Numbered from the stretch's first letter, positions 14,773 through 25,958 are shown. The stretch is DNA of 64,000 bases from Selaginella moellendorffii (GCF_000143415.4 NW_003314265.1:1756446-1820445), one strand, 5' to 3'. Numbers and translations are program-made. Notes: a model not told the origin generated them from the sequence alone.

Positions 14773-17700
14773 GGGTGAAAGTCCAAAGCATTCATCTCCC
14801 AGACCTTGGGGGGTTTGGTGAGCTCCAAAAGTATAGTAGGGGGAGGACTGTAGTGGAGCCAGTTTGGTCAAGAAAGGCTAGTTTGGCCCAGGAAGGCTGT
14901 ACCTAGTGTTGGGTGATGAGCTGCCCACTGGGAAGTCCAAGACTAAAGTGAACACGAACCGACAAACGGGGTAGCTTGGTGAAGTGTTCAAAAGCCGGCT
15001 TTAGTTCCCCGAGAGATCGACTGGCCGATGCTCCCAATCTAAGTGTGGGTGGCACTACCTACTTGGATACTTGGTGTGGCTCAATGGAACCTCACTCTAA
15101 GACCACGGCTATAGCACCCAAAGGTTGAAGGCAGGGAGAGTACCCATGAGGCTCGCGTAAGGCCATGGTGTTCCGAAATGTTGCCCCAAGGTCCCAGACT
15201 GTGAAAAGGAAGAGGAGCCGTCCTATAGTGTAGAGACCAAGGATATGGTCATGTGAGGAGGACTGTGGGACTTAGTGGTCGGGCCTGTGGGCCTTGATCT
15301 AGTGGCAGTGTTGGCGAACACGGTTATGGGCAAAAAAGGACTTGGTAGGGACTGGAAAAGGGATATTGGGGAAGGTTATTCCCTATGTCTATGGGCATCT
15401 TAAGGATGCTAAGGAGTGGATTTGGGATGATCACTCATGGACGGATGGCCTAGTCTTTGAGAGACAGGACTGTGATGTAGGTGGTGTCAAACCACTGATG
15501 TGACCAAGGTGAATGGGCATGGCCTTAGCATAATGGGCTGATATGTCGGTGGTACCTTGGGGTGTCAGTCATAGGATCGGACATGTGGAGCACTTGGACC
15601 AAGTGCAAAGGTTGAGTGGCGGGGATGCCATTCTAGGGGCTAACAAGCCCAAGTTCAAAATAGGACTTATGGAAGTCGTAAGTGAGACTCCTCCATGTGG
15701 TCAGAAGTGTGGTTAAATGACTAAAGTAGAATGGAAAAATTAGTCTCTTACAACTTGGTATCGGAGCTGTTCCTTAGTCCAACTCTTATTGGTACTCAAG
15801 TATATTACCATTGATGTTGGCATCGGAAGGTCCTAGGAGTGGGCATATCCTGGACGAGTAGCATGTCAAGAGGACATGACTTTCCACTCAAGTTCATGCG
15901 TGAACTTGGGCATGATGTGGTGGATAGAAAAGGACCAATGATGGAACGACTTCAGGATTTTAGGAATAATGCAAGGTTTTCCTCATTAAGTTGAGGATGT
16001 GATCTAGATGAACATTTGACTCAGAAAAATAGCTAATGTAGTTGTGGTAAATAATTATAGTTGGGATCACGGGGAAGATAGAGACTCCAAAACAATAAAG
16101 GAGTCACAAGATTACCCTTATGAAGTTGAGGCTGGTGCTCATGAATTTGAGACCAAAATTAATAACTGTGGGAGGTCAAATGCGGATGAGGACATAAGTC
16201 CTTGGAATGGTTGCCGGGCTACCTTGAATAAATGCTGGAACAACCTCAGGAGTTAGGGGTGTGCTTAGAGGATGAATCGATATTCTCATCACATGGATAA
16301 GTGGTCATAAGGGGCAAGAGGTTGCCCCAAGAGAACAAATCAAGTGTCAGAGTAACACTTGCAAAGATGGTCCTTGTGAGTAGGACCTTAATAAATTAAG
16401 TGGTATTCTAGTGGGCTGGCACCTCAAAGGTAGGACCTCACGGGTTGTCGGATGACAAAGTCCAAAAAGCTGGATGACTCAAATAGAGTCAAGGAATAAT
16501 CCTAAAGGATTGATGGAAGCATTTGGACTGAGGTGTGTTATACCCCTCGAAGGATGGGGAGGATCGTAAGATCAAAGTATAAGAACAATGGGAATCTTAT
16601 GGGTGGCAAAATATGCTATGCTAAAGTCATGGGAAAGAGTTTCCCAGAAGAAAACAACTTTGATACAAAGTTATGCATAAACTCTATGGTGTAGTGCTAA
16701 TGGATAGTTGGCATAAGAGACCATTGTATTGGTCTTGGCAAAGACCTAGACACAAGTAAGAAGTGTCATAGAAGTAGACTCGTAGAGCCAATAGTATGAA
16801 GACACCAAATGGGCCAAGGTGTGATACCTTGAGGTTATGTTAATGGGTTCATGAAAACCCCTTGCCAAGGGAATCCCAATGAAAATAAAAATGGCATAGC
16901 CTAAGTTGGAAAGCATGTGGTAGAGTGTGGTGACCCGGATAATGATAGAGGTGTGGAATCAAGAGGGTGCTCGAGGATGTTACTACTAGCAACCGTGATG
17001 CCATGGAGAGTCTAAAATGTGGAATTATCCATGTTATACCATATGGTGAGTAGGGAGTTTGCAAAAGAAAAGCCTTAGCAAGCTAAGGAACAAAGTTCCT
17101 TCAAGGTAGATAAGTACCTAAAAAAGCCAAGTGTAAATGGTTCCTAGAGCACGCGAAATCAGAGTGGCGCAGCAGAAGTGTAGTCTTAAAGCTGGCCATG
17201 AGGCGAGGCTATCAAGGTTGGGGAAGTAGTTCTTGAGTGTTTAAAGAGAGGGCTTTAAACAAAAGTCGATGGTTAAGAACTTTCATGCTTATACATGAAC
17301 TATGTTACGGTGGCCGGATGACTTGCTAAGTGAAACTGGCAAGTCAAGGGAACAAATCCTCTAGTTGAAGGTGCTAACTTCAAAAGGGGTGGCCCATGGG
17401 GCTAAGCATAGAGGAGTCCATACATGATCATAGATTTGTCAAGTGAGAAGACTTGGCTGTGCGGAGGAATTAGGTTCCTAAGCTGTGATCTATAGTGCGC
17501 TTTAAATATAAGTTGGTGCACTGGCGTGGGGAGTCATGCCAAGCATCCTATGCGATGCCATCCATATATGCATATGCGGAGGTTGGGTTCGAGTCCCGAC
17601 CCTCTAGTGCTTAGGTTCGAGTCCTAAATCACTAGGGCATGGTGATGGTTTGGAATATGAGGACACTCATTTTTCGGTGGTCATGGACTCTCAATGAGGA

Positions 17701-19331
17701 GACTAGTTTGGGCACACCGCCAAGTGAGGGATGCCTCGGAGTCGTGATGCACAGTTAGATTGTTTAGTGTGGCTCAGCATATCTAACTTGAACACTTAGT
17801 GCGAGTGGCACCAAGAACGTAGTGAATGAGATGGGGACACCCAGTCTCAGTTGCTATGGACCCTTGGCCGAAAGGGCTGGCTTGGGTGCACCGCCAAGTG
17901 TGGGGGATGCCCCTGGGGTCATGATCAACAACTTAAAAGTATAAAAGACTTAGTACCTATTGGCAAACTTGTTAAGGTGCCAAGGTTAGATCACTAGGTG
18001 GTCTTATAGCTAAACCAAGGACAAAGTCTTTGTGAGGTTAAGGGATAAAGTTCCTAATTCAAAAGTGTTAATTTGAACTATTGATGATGATGTGGCTTGG
18101 TCAAGGTGATCAAGTGGGAAGAACACTTGGAAGTGAGCTATGTCAATGCGATGGCATAGTAAGTCCAAGGAAAGTAGTTTCTATAAGAGATCCAAGGGAG
18201 GGTCTTAAAAGTTGGGCCGTGGATAGAGCCCACAGCAAAAAATGTTAAAGAGACGTACTAGGAGTGAACACCCTTTGGACTTGGCAAAGCAAAGTGTTTG
18301 CTATGGAACCGAAAGGAAACCTTGAAAATGGAGGTAGTGATTATATGTTGCTGGGTGCAACAATCAAAGATAGGAACAAAAGACTAGTGGCTAAGAAAAG
18401 AGCCATGGGAATCATAGGAAAGAATCCAAATGGCAAAGTTAGGCCAAAAACACTAATGTGTTGGATGCTAACGGATTGTGGGAAAGGCAATGTTCCACCA
18501 AGGATGGATTCCCAACCGCTCCAATTTAGCAAAAGTGGATGCTTCAAAGGGGAGAGCAGTGAGGTAGCCAAATGATAGGGCCATGGACAACCCTAGCACA
18601 AAGTATGATAACTGAAACTTAGTGCCTAAGGTGGCACGAAATAGAAGAAAGGATAATGGTGCCCTCAAGTAGAGAACTTCTTAAGATGGGGAAGTGGAAT
18701 TGCACAATATGTGCAATGCAAGGTGTTGGAAACACTTAGGAAAATGAATTCAAGAAGTCAAAAAGTAAAAGTTCCAAAGTGCAAACGTTCAATCGATGGA
18801 AATTAAGATTACTCAAGAAGGAGTAGTGGGATTGAGATATAGATAGTGTCTCTAAAAAGTTTAGCGAGAACTAAACCAATAAAAGGAGAGAACCACTATA
18901 AGTGGTCCAATCAGTCTCTAAGTTGGAGAGACTACCCTCCTTAGAGGATGGGTAAGGCATGGTGAGCCTTCAGTATCAAACCATTGACGAATATTGGCAA
19001 GGTGTCAAGAATGGAAAGGGTAATACATGTTGGTATTACTTTATAAAATAGTTTACTATTCGATGAGGACATCAAACTTTGTCTATGGGTGGTGGAGTTG
19101 TGAGACACAAAATCCCTAGGCCCCAAAATGGAGCCGGAAGGGCGCCACGTGGTAGTGGCTAAAGCAAAAGCCAAACAAGCGTAACACATTTGGACTTAAA
19201 GCTCCGACTTGAAAGGTCGAAAGCAGGAGTGGAACTCCCAACAAAGTGCTCGAGGAATGAGCACGAAGTGAGCAATAAGTGATGCTCTAAAAAGGGACCC
19301 AAAAGGACCAACACATGACACGTGGAAGTGT

Positions 19332-19748
19332 CCGAGATGGACCTGAGATGGAGTCCAACATGGAGTCCGAGATGGACCGAGACAGAGTCCGAGATGGAGT
19401 CCGAAATAGAGTCTGAGATGGACCGAGACAGAGTCCGAGATGGAGTCTGAGATGGACCGAGATGGAGTCCAAGATGGAGTCCAAGATGGACCCGAGATGG
19501 AGTCCAAGATGGACCCAAGATGGAGTCTGAGGTCGAGACCAAGACCGGGACCGAGACCAAGACTGGGACCGGGACCGGGACCAAGACCGAGACCAAGACT
19601 AAGATCGAGATCGGGACCGAAACCGAGACCGCGGCCGAGGCCGAGATCGAGCCCAAGCCCAAGCCCGATTCTGAGTCAAAGTCCGAGTCCGAGTCCGAGT
19701 CCGAGTCCGAGTCCGAGTTTGAGTCCGAGTCCAAGTCTAAGTCTAAGA
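19332..19748. repeat. Expanded version of the same tandem arrays in the 3' LTR of element C
   Basis: Directly visible; accounts for most of the LTR length difference (1466 vs 1649 bp). Confidence 0.9.
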
Positions 19749-21153
19749 GGGTGAAAGCCCAAAGCGTTCGTCTCCCAAACCCTGGGGGGTTTGGTGAGCT
19801 CCAAAAGTATAGTAGGGGGAGGACTGCAGTGGAGCCAATTTGGCCAAGAAAGGCCAATTTGGCCCAGGAAAGCTGTACCCAGTGTTGGGTGATGAGCTGC
19901 CCATTGGGAAGTCCAAGACTAAAGTGAACACGGACCGACAAACAGGGTAGCTTAATGAAGTGTTCAAGAGCCGGCTTTAGTTCCCCCGGGAGATCGACTA
20001 GCCAATGCTCCCAGTCCAAGTGTGGGTGGCACTACCTACTTGGATACCTGGTGTGGCTCAACGGAACCTCGCTCTAAGCCCATGGCTAGAGCACCCAAAG
20101 GCGGAAGGCGGGGAGAGTACCCACGAGGCTTGTGTAAGGCCACGGTGTTCCGAAATGTTGCCCCAAGGTCCCAGATTGTGAAAAGGAAGAGGAGCCGTCT
20201 TATAGTGTAGAGACCAAGGATACGGTCATGTGAGGAGGAAGTCCTAGAGGACTGTGGGACTTAGTGGTTGGGCCTATGGGCCTTGATCCAGTGGCAGTGT
20301 TGGCGAACATGGCCATGGGCGAAAAGGGACTTGGTAGGGATCAGAAAGGGGATATTGGGAAAGATTATTCCTTATGTCTATAGGCATCTTAAGGATGCTA
20401 AAGAGTGGATTTGGGATGATCACTCATGGACGGATGGCCTAGTCTTTGAGAGACAGGATTGTGATGTAGGTGGTGTCAAACCACTGATGTGACCAAGGTG
20501 AATGGGCATGGCCTTAGCATAATGGGCCGATATGTCGGTGGTACCTTGGGATGTCAGTCATGGGATCGGACATGTGGAGCACTTGGACCAAGTGCAAAGG
20601 TTGAGTGGCAGGGATGCTATTCTCGGGGCTAATAAGCCCAAGTCCAAAATTATTTTAGGACTTATGGAGGTCATAAGTGAGACTCCTTCATGTGGTTAGA
20701 AGTGTGGTTAAGTGACTAAAGTAGAATGGAAAAATTAGTCTCTTACATTGGTGTTAGTCCGTTTTCTCCATCTTACAGTATTATCAAGACCCCCAACAAG
20801 ATCAAGACTGGAAAATGCTAAAGACAAAGAGAAAAAGCTAGTGAAAACAAAGAAGAGGCCTTAGACTGGTGTTGATTCAGATTGTGAAGAAATGGAACAA
20901 GGCTAACCTATATATACTATAGGTTGATGAAGCTCCACCACTCTTGGATCGAGGACGGCCTAAATATAGCTGAGGTCGACGAGGCGCCACACCAATATCA
21001 GGAATGTGGCTCGAGACTCAAGAATCGGGAAGTGTCTTGAGAGTCAGGAATAGGGAAGTGTCTCGAGAATCAAGAATGTGGTCTGCAGGTCAGGAATCCG
21101 GCGAGAGTCAGGAATGTGGCAAGAATTGGGGGATTCCTGACAGCACCCCCTTC

Positions 21154-22767
21154 TCAAGAACGAGTGGAACGAGAATGTGAATGAGAACGACGAGGAGGAT
21201 GAGATGAGCGGCGAGGGATGGGAGATGGAGAAAAAGAATGAGGACTGGGATGACTAGGATAGTGGCGGTGGAAGTCCTGAACAAGGTCAGGAGAATGAAT
21301 CAGGTTGTTCGCAGGTTCCCAAGTGCGTTCTTCAGGCCCATAACCCTTCCAGTCAACCAAATAGTAGAGTTTAGACCGTGAAATCTTGGAATCAAGGATG
21401 TCCTGAACCTCGTACTCAGACCCATCCTCGAGCTGCACTGGTGGAGGTGAAGGAATGACCCGATTGGGAATAGGACTGGGAATATAAGGCTCAAGGAGAG
21501 AGGAATGAAAAACAGGGTGAATTTGATATGAGAAGGGAAGTGCAAGGCGATAAGTGACAAGATTAATGATGGCAGTGATAGGGAAAGGACCGAGGCGTTT
21601 GTAATCAAGTTTTGGACAGGGCCTGGTGGTGGAGATATTTCGCCTGAGGAGCCAAACTTTATCCCCGATATTGTAAGGGGGACAATCCTGACGATGGACA
21701 TTGGCAAATGTTTTGTGAGATTCCTGAGCACGATAGAGGTGGAAGGAGATGGAGTTGTGGATTTCTTGGAGGTTGGAGACAAATGCCTCAGAGCGGGGAT
21801 TTGAATGAGAGGATTCGGATGGAGAAGGAAGTGAGAGATTGAATCGAGGATTTCGGCCAGAGTTTGCAAAGAAGGGAGAAATTCGAAGAGAGGAGTGAAT
21901 AGAGTTGTTATAGGAGAACTCAGCAAGGGGAAGGATATCGAACCAATTATCCTGATGATAGTTGATGAAGCACCTCAAGAATTGTTCCAACGTCTGAATC
22001 GTTCGCTCGGACTGCCCATCAGTTTGAGGATGATACGCCGAAGAGAGGTTGGCCTTCACTCCAAGCAGTTGCAAAAACCGTTGCCAGAAATGAGAGATGA
22101 ACTGAGGCCCCCGATCCGAAACCACATCTGTAGGAATCCCATGAAGTCGGAAAATTTCCCTGAATACCAGTTTTGCCATGTCCTCGCCCGAAAATTCCTT
22201 GGCACATGGCAAGAAGTGTGCCATCTTTGTGAAGCGATCCACCACGACTAAAATGTTGTTGAAGCCTCCAGAACTCGGAAGATCACTCAAGAAATCCATG
22301 GAGATGGATTCCCAAGGACCTGAAGGGACCGGAAGGGAACAAAGCAAACCTGAACGAAGGTGGCGAGGTACCTTATTCCGGGCGTAAGTGTCATAGGAGG
22401 TAACAAAAGCTTTGATGTAGTCGTCCATGTGAGGCCACCAAAAGTCCCGTGCAACTAGCTCATAGGTTTTCGCAATGCCAAAGTGACCAGCAGTTGGGCT
22501 ATCGTGGCACGCCATTAGGACCAACCTTCGAGCATCACCTTCAGGAACGTAAAGCTGCTCCCCNNNNNNNNNNNNNNNNNNNNNNNNNNNNNNNNNNNNN
22601 NNNNNNNNNNNNNNNNNNNNNNNNNNNNNNNNNNNNNNNNNNNNNNNNNNNNNNNNNNNNNNNAGCCTGAAGATGGGGGAAATGTCGCTGGTGAGATCAT
22701 CGGATTGAAGATCGTTTCTGATGGCATCCATCAAGGAGGAGTCCTGAGGGGCCAGGGAAATTGCCAT
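21154..22767 (-). CDS. Integrase with C-terminal chromodomain (pol 3' part of A2; spans a 100-N gap)
   Basis: HDSPTAGHFG, SISMDF, VVSDRGPQF, HPQTDGQSER, GPF motif, chromodomain EYEVQDILDS...YLVDWKGYGPEERTWEP. Confidence 0.92.
   Translation of the reverse strand: MAISLAPQDSSLMDAIRNDLQSDDLTSDISPIFRXXXXXXXXXXXXXXXXXXXXXXXXXXXXXXXXXXGEQLYVPEGDARRLVLMACHDSPTAGHFGIAKTYELVARDFWWPHMDDYIKAFVTSYDTYARNKVPRHLRSGLLCSLPVPSGPWESISMDFLSDLPSSGGFNNILVVVDRFTKMAHFLPCAKEFSGEDMAKLVFREIFRLHGIPTDVVSDRGPQFISHFWQRFLQLLGVKANLSSAYHPQTDGQSERTIQTLEQFLRCFINYHQDNWFDILPLAEFSYNNSIHSSLRISPFFANSGRNPRFNLSLPSPSESSHSNPRSEAFVSNLQEIHNSISFHLYRAQESHKTFANVHRQDCPPYNIGDKVWLLRRNISTTRPCPKLDYKRLGPFPITAIINLVTYRLALPFSYQIHPVFHSSLLEPYIPSPIPNRVIPSPPPVQLEDGSEYEVQDILDSKISRSKLYYLVDWKGYGPEERTWEPANNLIHSPDLVQDFHRHYPSHPSPHSFSPSPIPRRSSHPPRRSHSHSRSTRS
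22564..22663. other. Assembly gap (100 N)
   Basis: N run. Confidence 1.
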
Positions 22768-22909
22768 AACTTGAAGCCGATCAGGACCGAGGATAATTTG
22801 ATCCTGTTGATCGAAGGCAGGATTACCAGGCCTGAGACTGAGATAGGAGCGCCTTGAAAGAGCATTAGGAAGGCCTTGAAGCTTTCCAGGTCTGTACTTG
22901 ATAACAAAG

Positions 22910-24124
22910 TCAAACTGACTCAGGAATTATGCGTACATGTTCGTCGTGCTCCTCCTGAGTTCTTGAGTAGATGAGGATGTCATCGAGGTAGACGATCACC
23001 ATCTGATCAAGAAACTCCCGAAAGACGTCGTTCGCCATGTGTTGGAAAACTGCTGGAGCATTTGTCAAGCCAAATGGCATGACAATGTACTCGAAGTGGC
23101 CATAGCGGGTTCGGAACGCAGTCTTCCATTCATCACCAGGCCGGATCCGGATCAGGTTGTATGCGCCACGGAGGTCAATCTTGGTGAAGAAGTGGGCACC
23201 GCCAAGGCGTTCCAACAGGTCCGAGATCAGGGGCAGCAGATAACGGTTCCGAACAATCACCTTGTTCAAACCTCGGTAATCGATGACTAGCCGCGAACTC
23301 CCATCCTTCTTCTTGACAAAGAAGACAGGCGCTCTAGCCGGGGACTGCGAATGCTGAATAAACCCTGAGGCAAGGTTCTCATCCACGTACTCTTTGAGGG
23401 CCTTAAGCTCGAACGGGGATAACCCGTAGATAGGCCCCCACGGAGGCGACGCTCCTTCCTGTAAATCAATGGGACAGTCATAAGGCCGATGAGCAGGCAG
23501 TACACTAGCTTTTTTCTTGTCAAACACATCCCCAAAATCATGATACTTCTTAGGAAGACTGACAAGAAAAACATGCAAAGCAAAAAGGAAAACAGGTTCT
23601 TCATGAAGGAGTTCTTGCATAGTGATTGTGGAGATAGGAGGAGGTGTATGACTAAATGGAATGATGAGACGAGGATACTATCCAGTGTAAGATGGAAGAG
23701 AGGAAAAAGAAGAGGGTGAAAACTTCGTAGAGTCAGGAACAGAACCCTGATTTGAGTTTAGGGAACTTTTCCTGATTCGGACTCGATGAACAGCAGGGGA
23801 AGCCGTGGGAGATAGTGATGTGGGAGAGATGAGCTGTAAGTCCTTCCAACAAATCTGAGGCTGATGTAGTTGGAACCAAGGAAGACTGAGCACCACAGAG
23901 GAGGACTTGTTGTTGATGATGTTGAAGGCGATATCGGTGACGGTGGACCCAATGTGTACTCGAACGGGCAACGTTTCCCTAAGTCTAGAAGATGGAGACA
24001 CAAAATGCCCGCCGATGCCTTCAACCCTCAGATCCCGTATGGTAGGAGAAAGAGGAACGTGATGTCGGGCAACAAAGTCCGTGTCCATGAAGCAGGAAGT
24101 TGCACCCGAGTCCAGTAGCGCCAA
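22910..24124 (-). pseudogene. Protease and reverse transcriptase of A2 (interrupted; RT C-terminus and RNase H deleted)
   Basis: ALLDSGATSCF protease; RT to YLDDILIYS...HVRII, then a direct jump to [13 protein letters not shown] (end of RNase H). Confidence 0.88.
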
Positions 24125-24417
24125 AGCCTTGAGTCCTGATTGTCCGGTGAAAGAAAGGAGACATGGGACGCGGAAGTTGCGGGAATTGGTGGTGGCTTTG
24201 ATGAAAGGTGGTAAGGAGCTTGATTAGGAAGAAAAGTGATTTTTATTCAGGGAGTCCAAACAGACAGCTCCTACTCTGTTTGGACAGGGTCGTTTCCCGA
24301 CTGCAACAGAGGTGGACTTTGAGGCAAAGTGAACTCGAGCAATTAGGGAGGCTTCTTGGGACACACAGCTGCTTTGTGATTAGGATCAGCACAGTAGAGG
24401 CAAAGATTATGAGATAT

Positions 24418-25248
24418 TCAACGTTGCTTCTCAGCAGGACTCAACTTCCCTCTAATGAGTCGGGGAGTACCAGAAATATCCATCGGGACCGGAGCAGTAG
24501 GTTCAGGACTATGCCCCGAAGACTCAAGCTGGGATTCCTGAGTCTGGGACGGAAAAACAGCGGCGCGGCGACTTTCCTGACGACGTTCAAAGAGACCATT
24601 GTCACATCGAACAGCTTTGTTGATGGCATCCGACAGGTCCTTGGGATCCTCCATGGTGAGCAACAAATCCTTGACACCGTTGTTGAGGCCGAAACGAAAT
24701 TGGTCAATCAAGGCCCGCTCATCCCACTGAGTGTCCAAGGCAAGGAGTTGGAACTCTGCAGCGTAGATCGAAGCAGGACGAGACCCCTGAGAGAGACGTC
24801 TCATCTTTGTGGTAGCAGCCCGAACCCGATCCGTCTCACCAAAACATGCTTTGAGCTTCTCTTTGAACAATTGAAGATCCATCAGCTCCGAAACCACGAC
24901 CCCTTTCATGCTCTTCTCCAGAAGAGGAGAAAACCATGACAAAGCTGCACCCTCGAGCAACGTCCCAATCGCGCTGATTTGAGACTCGGGAGTGGGGTAC
25001 CGCCGATGTTGAAGTGCAAAGATCAGCTCCATTTGGTTCAAAAATCCACGAAGCTCCGAACGCTTGCCTGAAAATTTTGCCGGGAAACTCACCTTCGGTT
25101 CAGGAACTTTGCTGGATCCTTGAACCGAAAGTGAAGCAAGCTCCTGTTGCATGCGAAGAAGGGTCACCTTCAGCTCGGTATTCTCAGACTGGATTTTTGC
25201 AAGGACTTCGGCAAAGAAATCAGGATGGCTTGGAGACTCCATTGGCAA
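24418..25248 (-). CDS. Gag (Ty3/PEG10-like capsid) of A2, stopping just before the CCHC zinc knuckle
   Basis: 276-aa ORF with PEPKVSFPAKFSG, LSQGSRPASIYAAEF and QFRFGL; CLYCADPNHKAAVC follows the TGA in frame. Confidence 0.88.
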   Translation of the reverse strand: MPMESPSHPDFFAEVLAKIQSENTELKVTLLRMQQELASLSVQGSSKVPEPKVSFPAKFSGKRSELRGFLNQMELIFALQHRRYPTPESQISAIGTLLEGAALSWFSPLLEKSMKGVVVSELMDLQLFKEKLKACFGETDRVRAATTKMRRLSQGSRPASIYAAEFQLLALDTQWDERALIDQFRFGLNNGVKDLLLTMEDPKDLSDAINKAVRCDNGLFERRQESRRAAVFPSQTQESQLESSGHSPEPTAPVPMDISGTPRLIRGKLSPAEKQR

Positions 25249-25958
25249 GAAGAAAGAAAAGAAAGGGGGAAAAAGACAAAGGCAATCAAAGAATCAAAGC
25301 GAGCTAAAAGAAAAGCAAAAAACACAATCTGAATCAAACTGTCAAGACCCCCAACAAGATCAAGACTGGAAAATGCTAAAGACAAAGAGAAAAAGCTAGT
25401 GAAAACAAAGAAGAGGTCTTAGATTGGTGTTGATTCAGATTGTGGAGAAATGGAACAAGGCTAACCTATATATACTATAGGTTGATGAAGCTCCACCACT
25501 CTTGGATCGAGGACGGCCTAAATATAGCTGAGGTCGAGGAGGCGCCACATCAATATCAAAAATGTGGCTCGAGACTCAGGAATCGGGAAGTGTCTTGAGA
25601 GTCAGGAATAGGGAAGTGTCTCGAGAGTCAAGAATGTCTCGAGAGTCAGGAATAGGGAAGTGTCTCGAGAATCAGGAATGTGGTCTGCAGGTCAGGAATC
25701 CGGCGAGAGTCAGGAATGTGGCAAGAATTGGGGGATTCCTGACAAGTATATGGTTTATCTAAGGGGCTCCTTGCACAGTGGAAACGACCGTATTGGGTGT
25801 TGTGGCAAGTTGGACTACAAGTTTATGAGGTTTGGCATAACATTCAGGAGGCCGATCCTCCAGAGATTGTGCATGTAAACGCTTCATACAAAGGAATCAA
25901 GAATAGTTAATACCACCTACAAATCCACTTATGCCTCCTCCTAACGTTCTTTCAAATC

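Larger units (their letters stand above)
14287..20747 (+). mobile_element. Non-autonomous large LTR element (LARD-like), element C
   Basis: LTRs 14287-15752 and 19099-20747 (TGTGAGAC...CTCTTACA); 5-bp TSD TTGGT (14282-14286, 20748-20752); iMet-type PBS TGGTATCGGAGC at 15756-15767; 3.3-kb internal region without recognisable gag/pol. Confidence 0.88.
20782..25744 (-). mobile_element. Ty3/gypsy chromovirus LTR retrotransposon, copy A2 (both LTRs; internally deleted)
   Basis: LTRs 20782-21142 and 25340-25744; TSD AGTAT (20777-20781, 25745-25749); PPT GAGAAGGGGG next to the 3' LTR; gag, protease, RT and integrase plus chromodomain. Confidence 0.96.

Noticed and set aside
14255-14906. ORFs with ES/DS/GL/RP dipeptide repeats (also 19159-20019)
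   Set aside because: Artefacts of stop-free hexamer arrays within the LTRs of element C; no domain content
14287-15752. Possible retrozyme (hammerhead ribozyme in the LTR of a non-autonomous element)
   Set aside because: No CTGANGA...GAAA core with supporting stems found by eye in the C or D LTRs
17575-17640. Possible tRNA gene
   Set aside because: T-arm-like hairpins only; no D arm, anticodon arm or acceptor stem
24208-24939. 243-aa ORF antisense to gag
   Set aside because: Interrupted by stops in copy A1 and has no recognisable motifs; likely a shadow ORF
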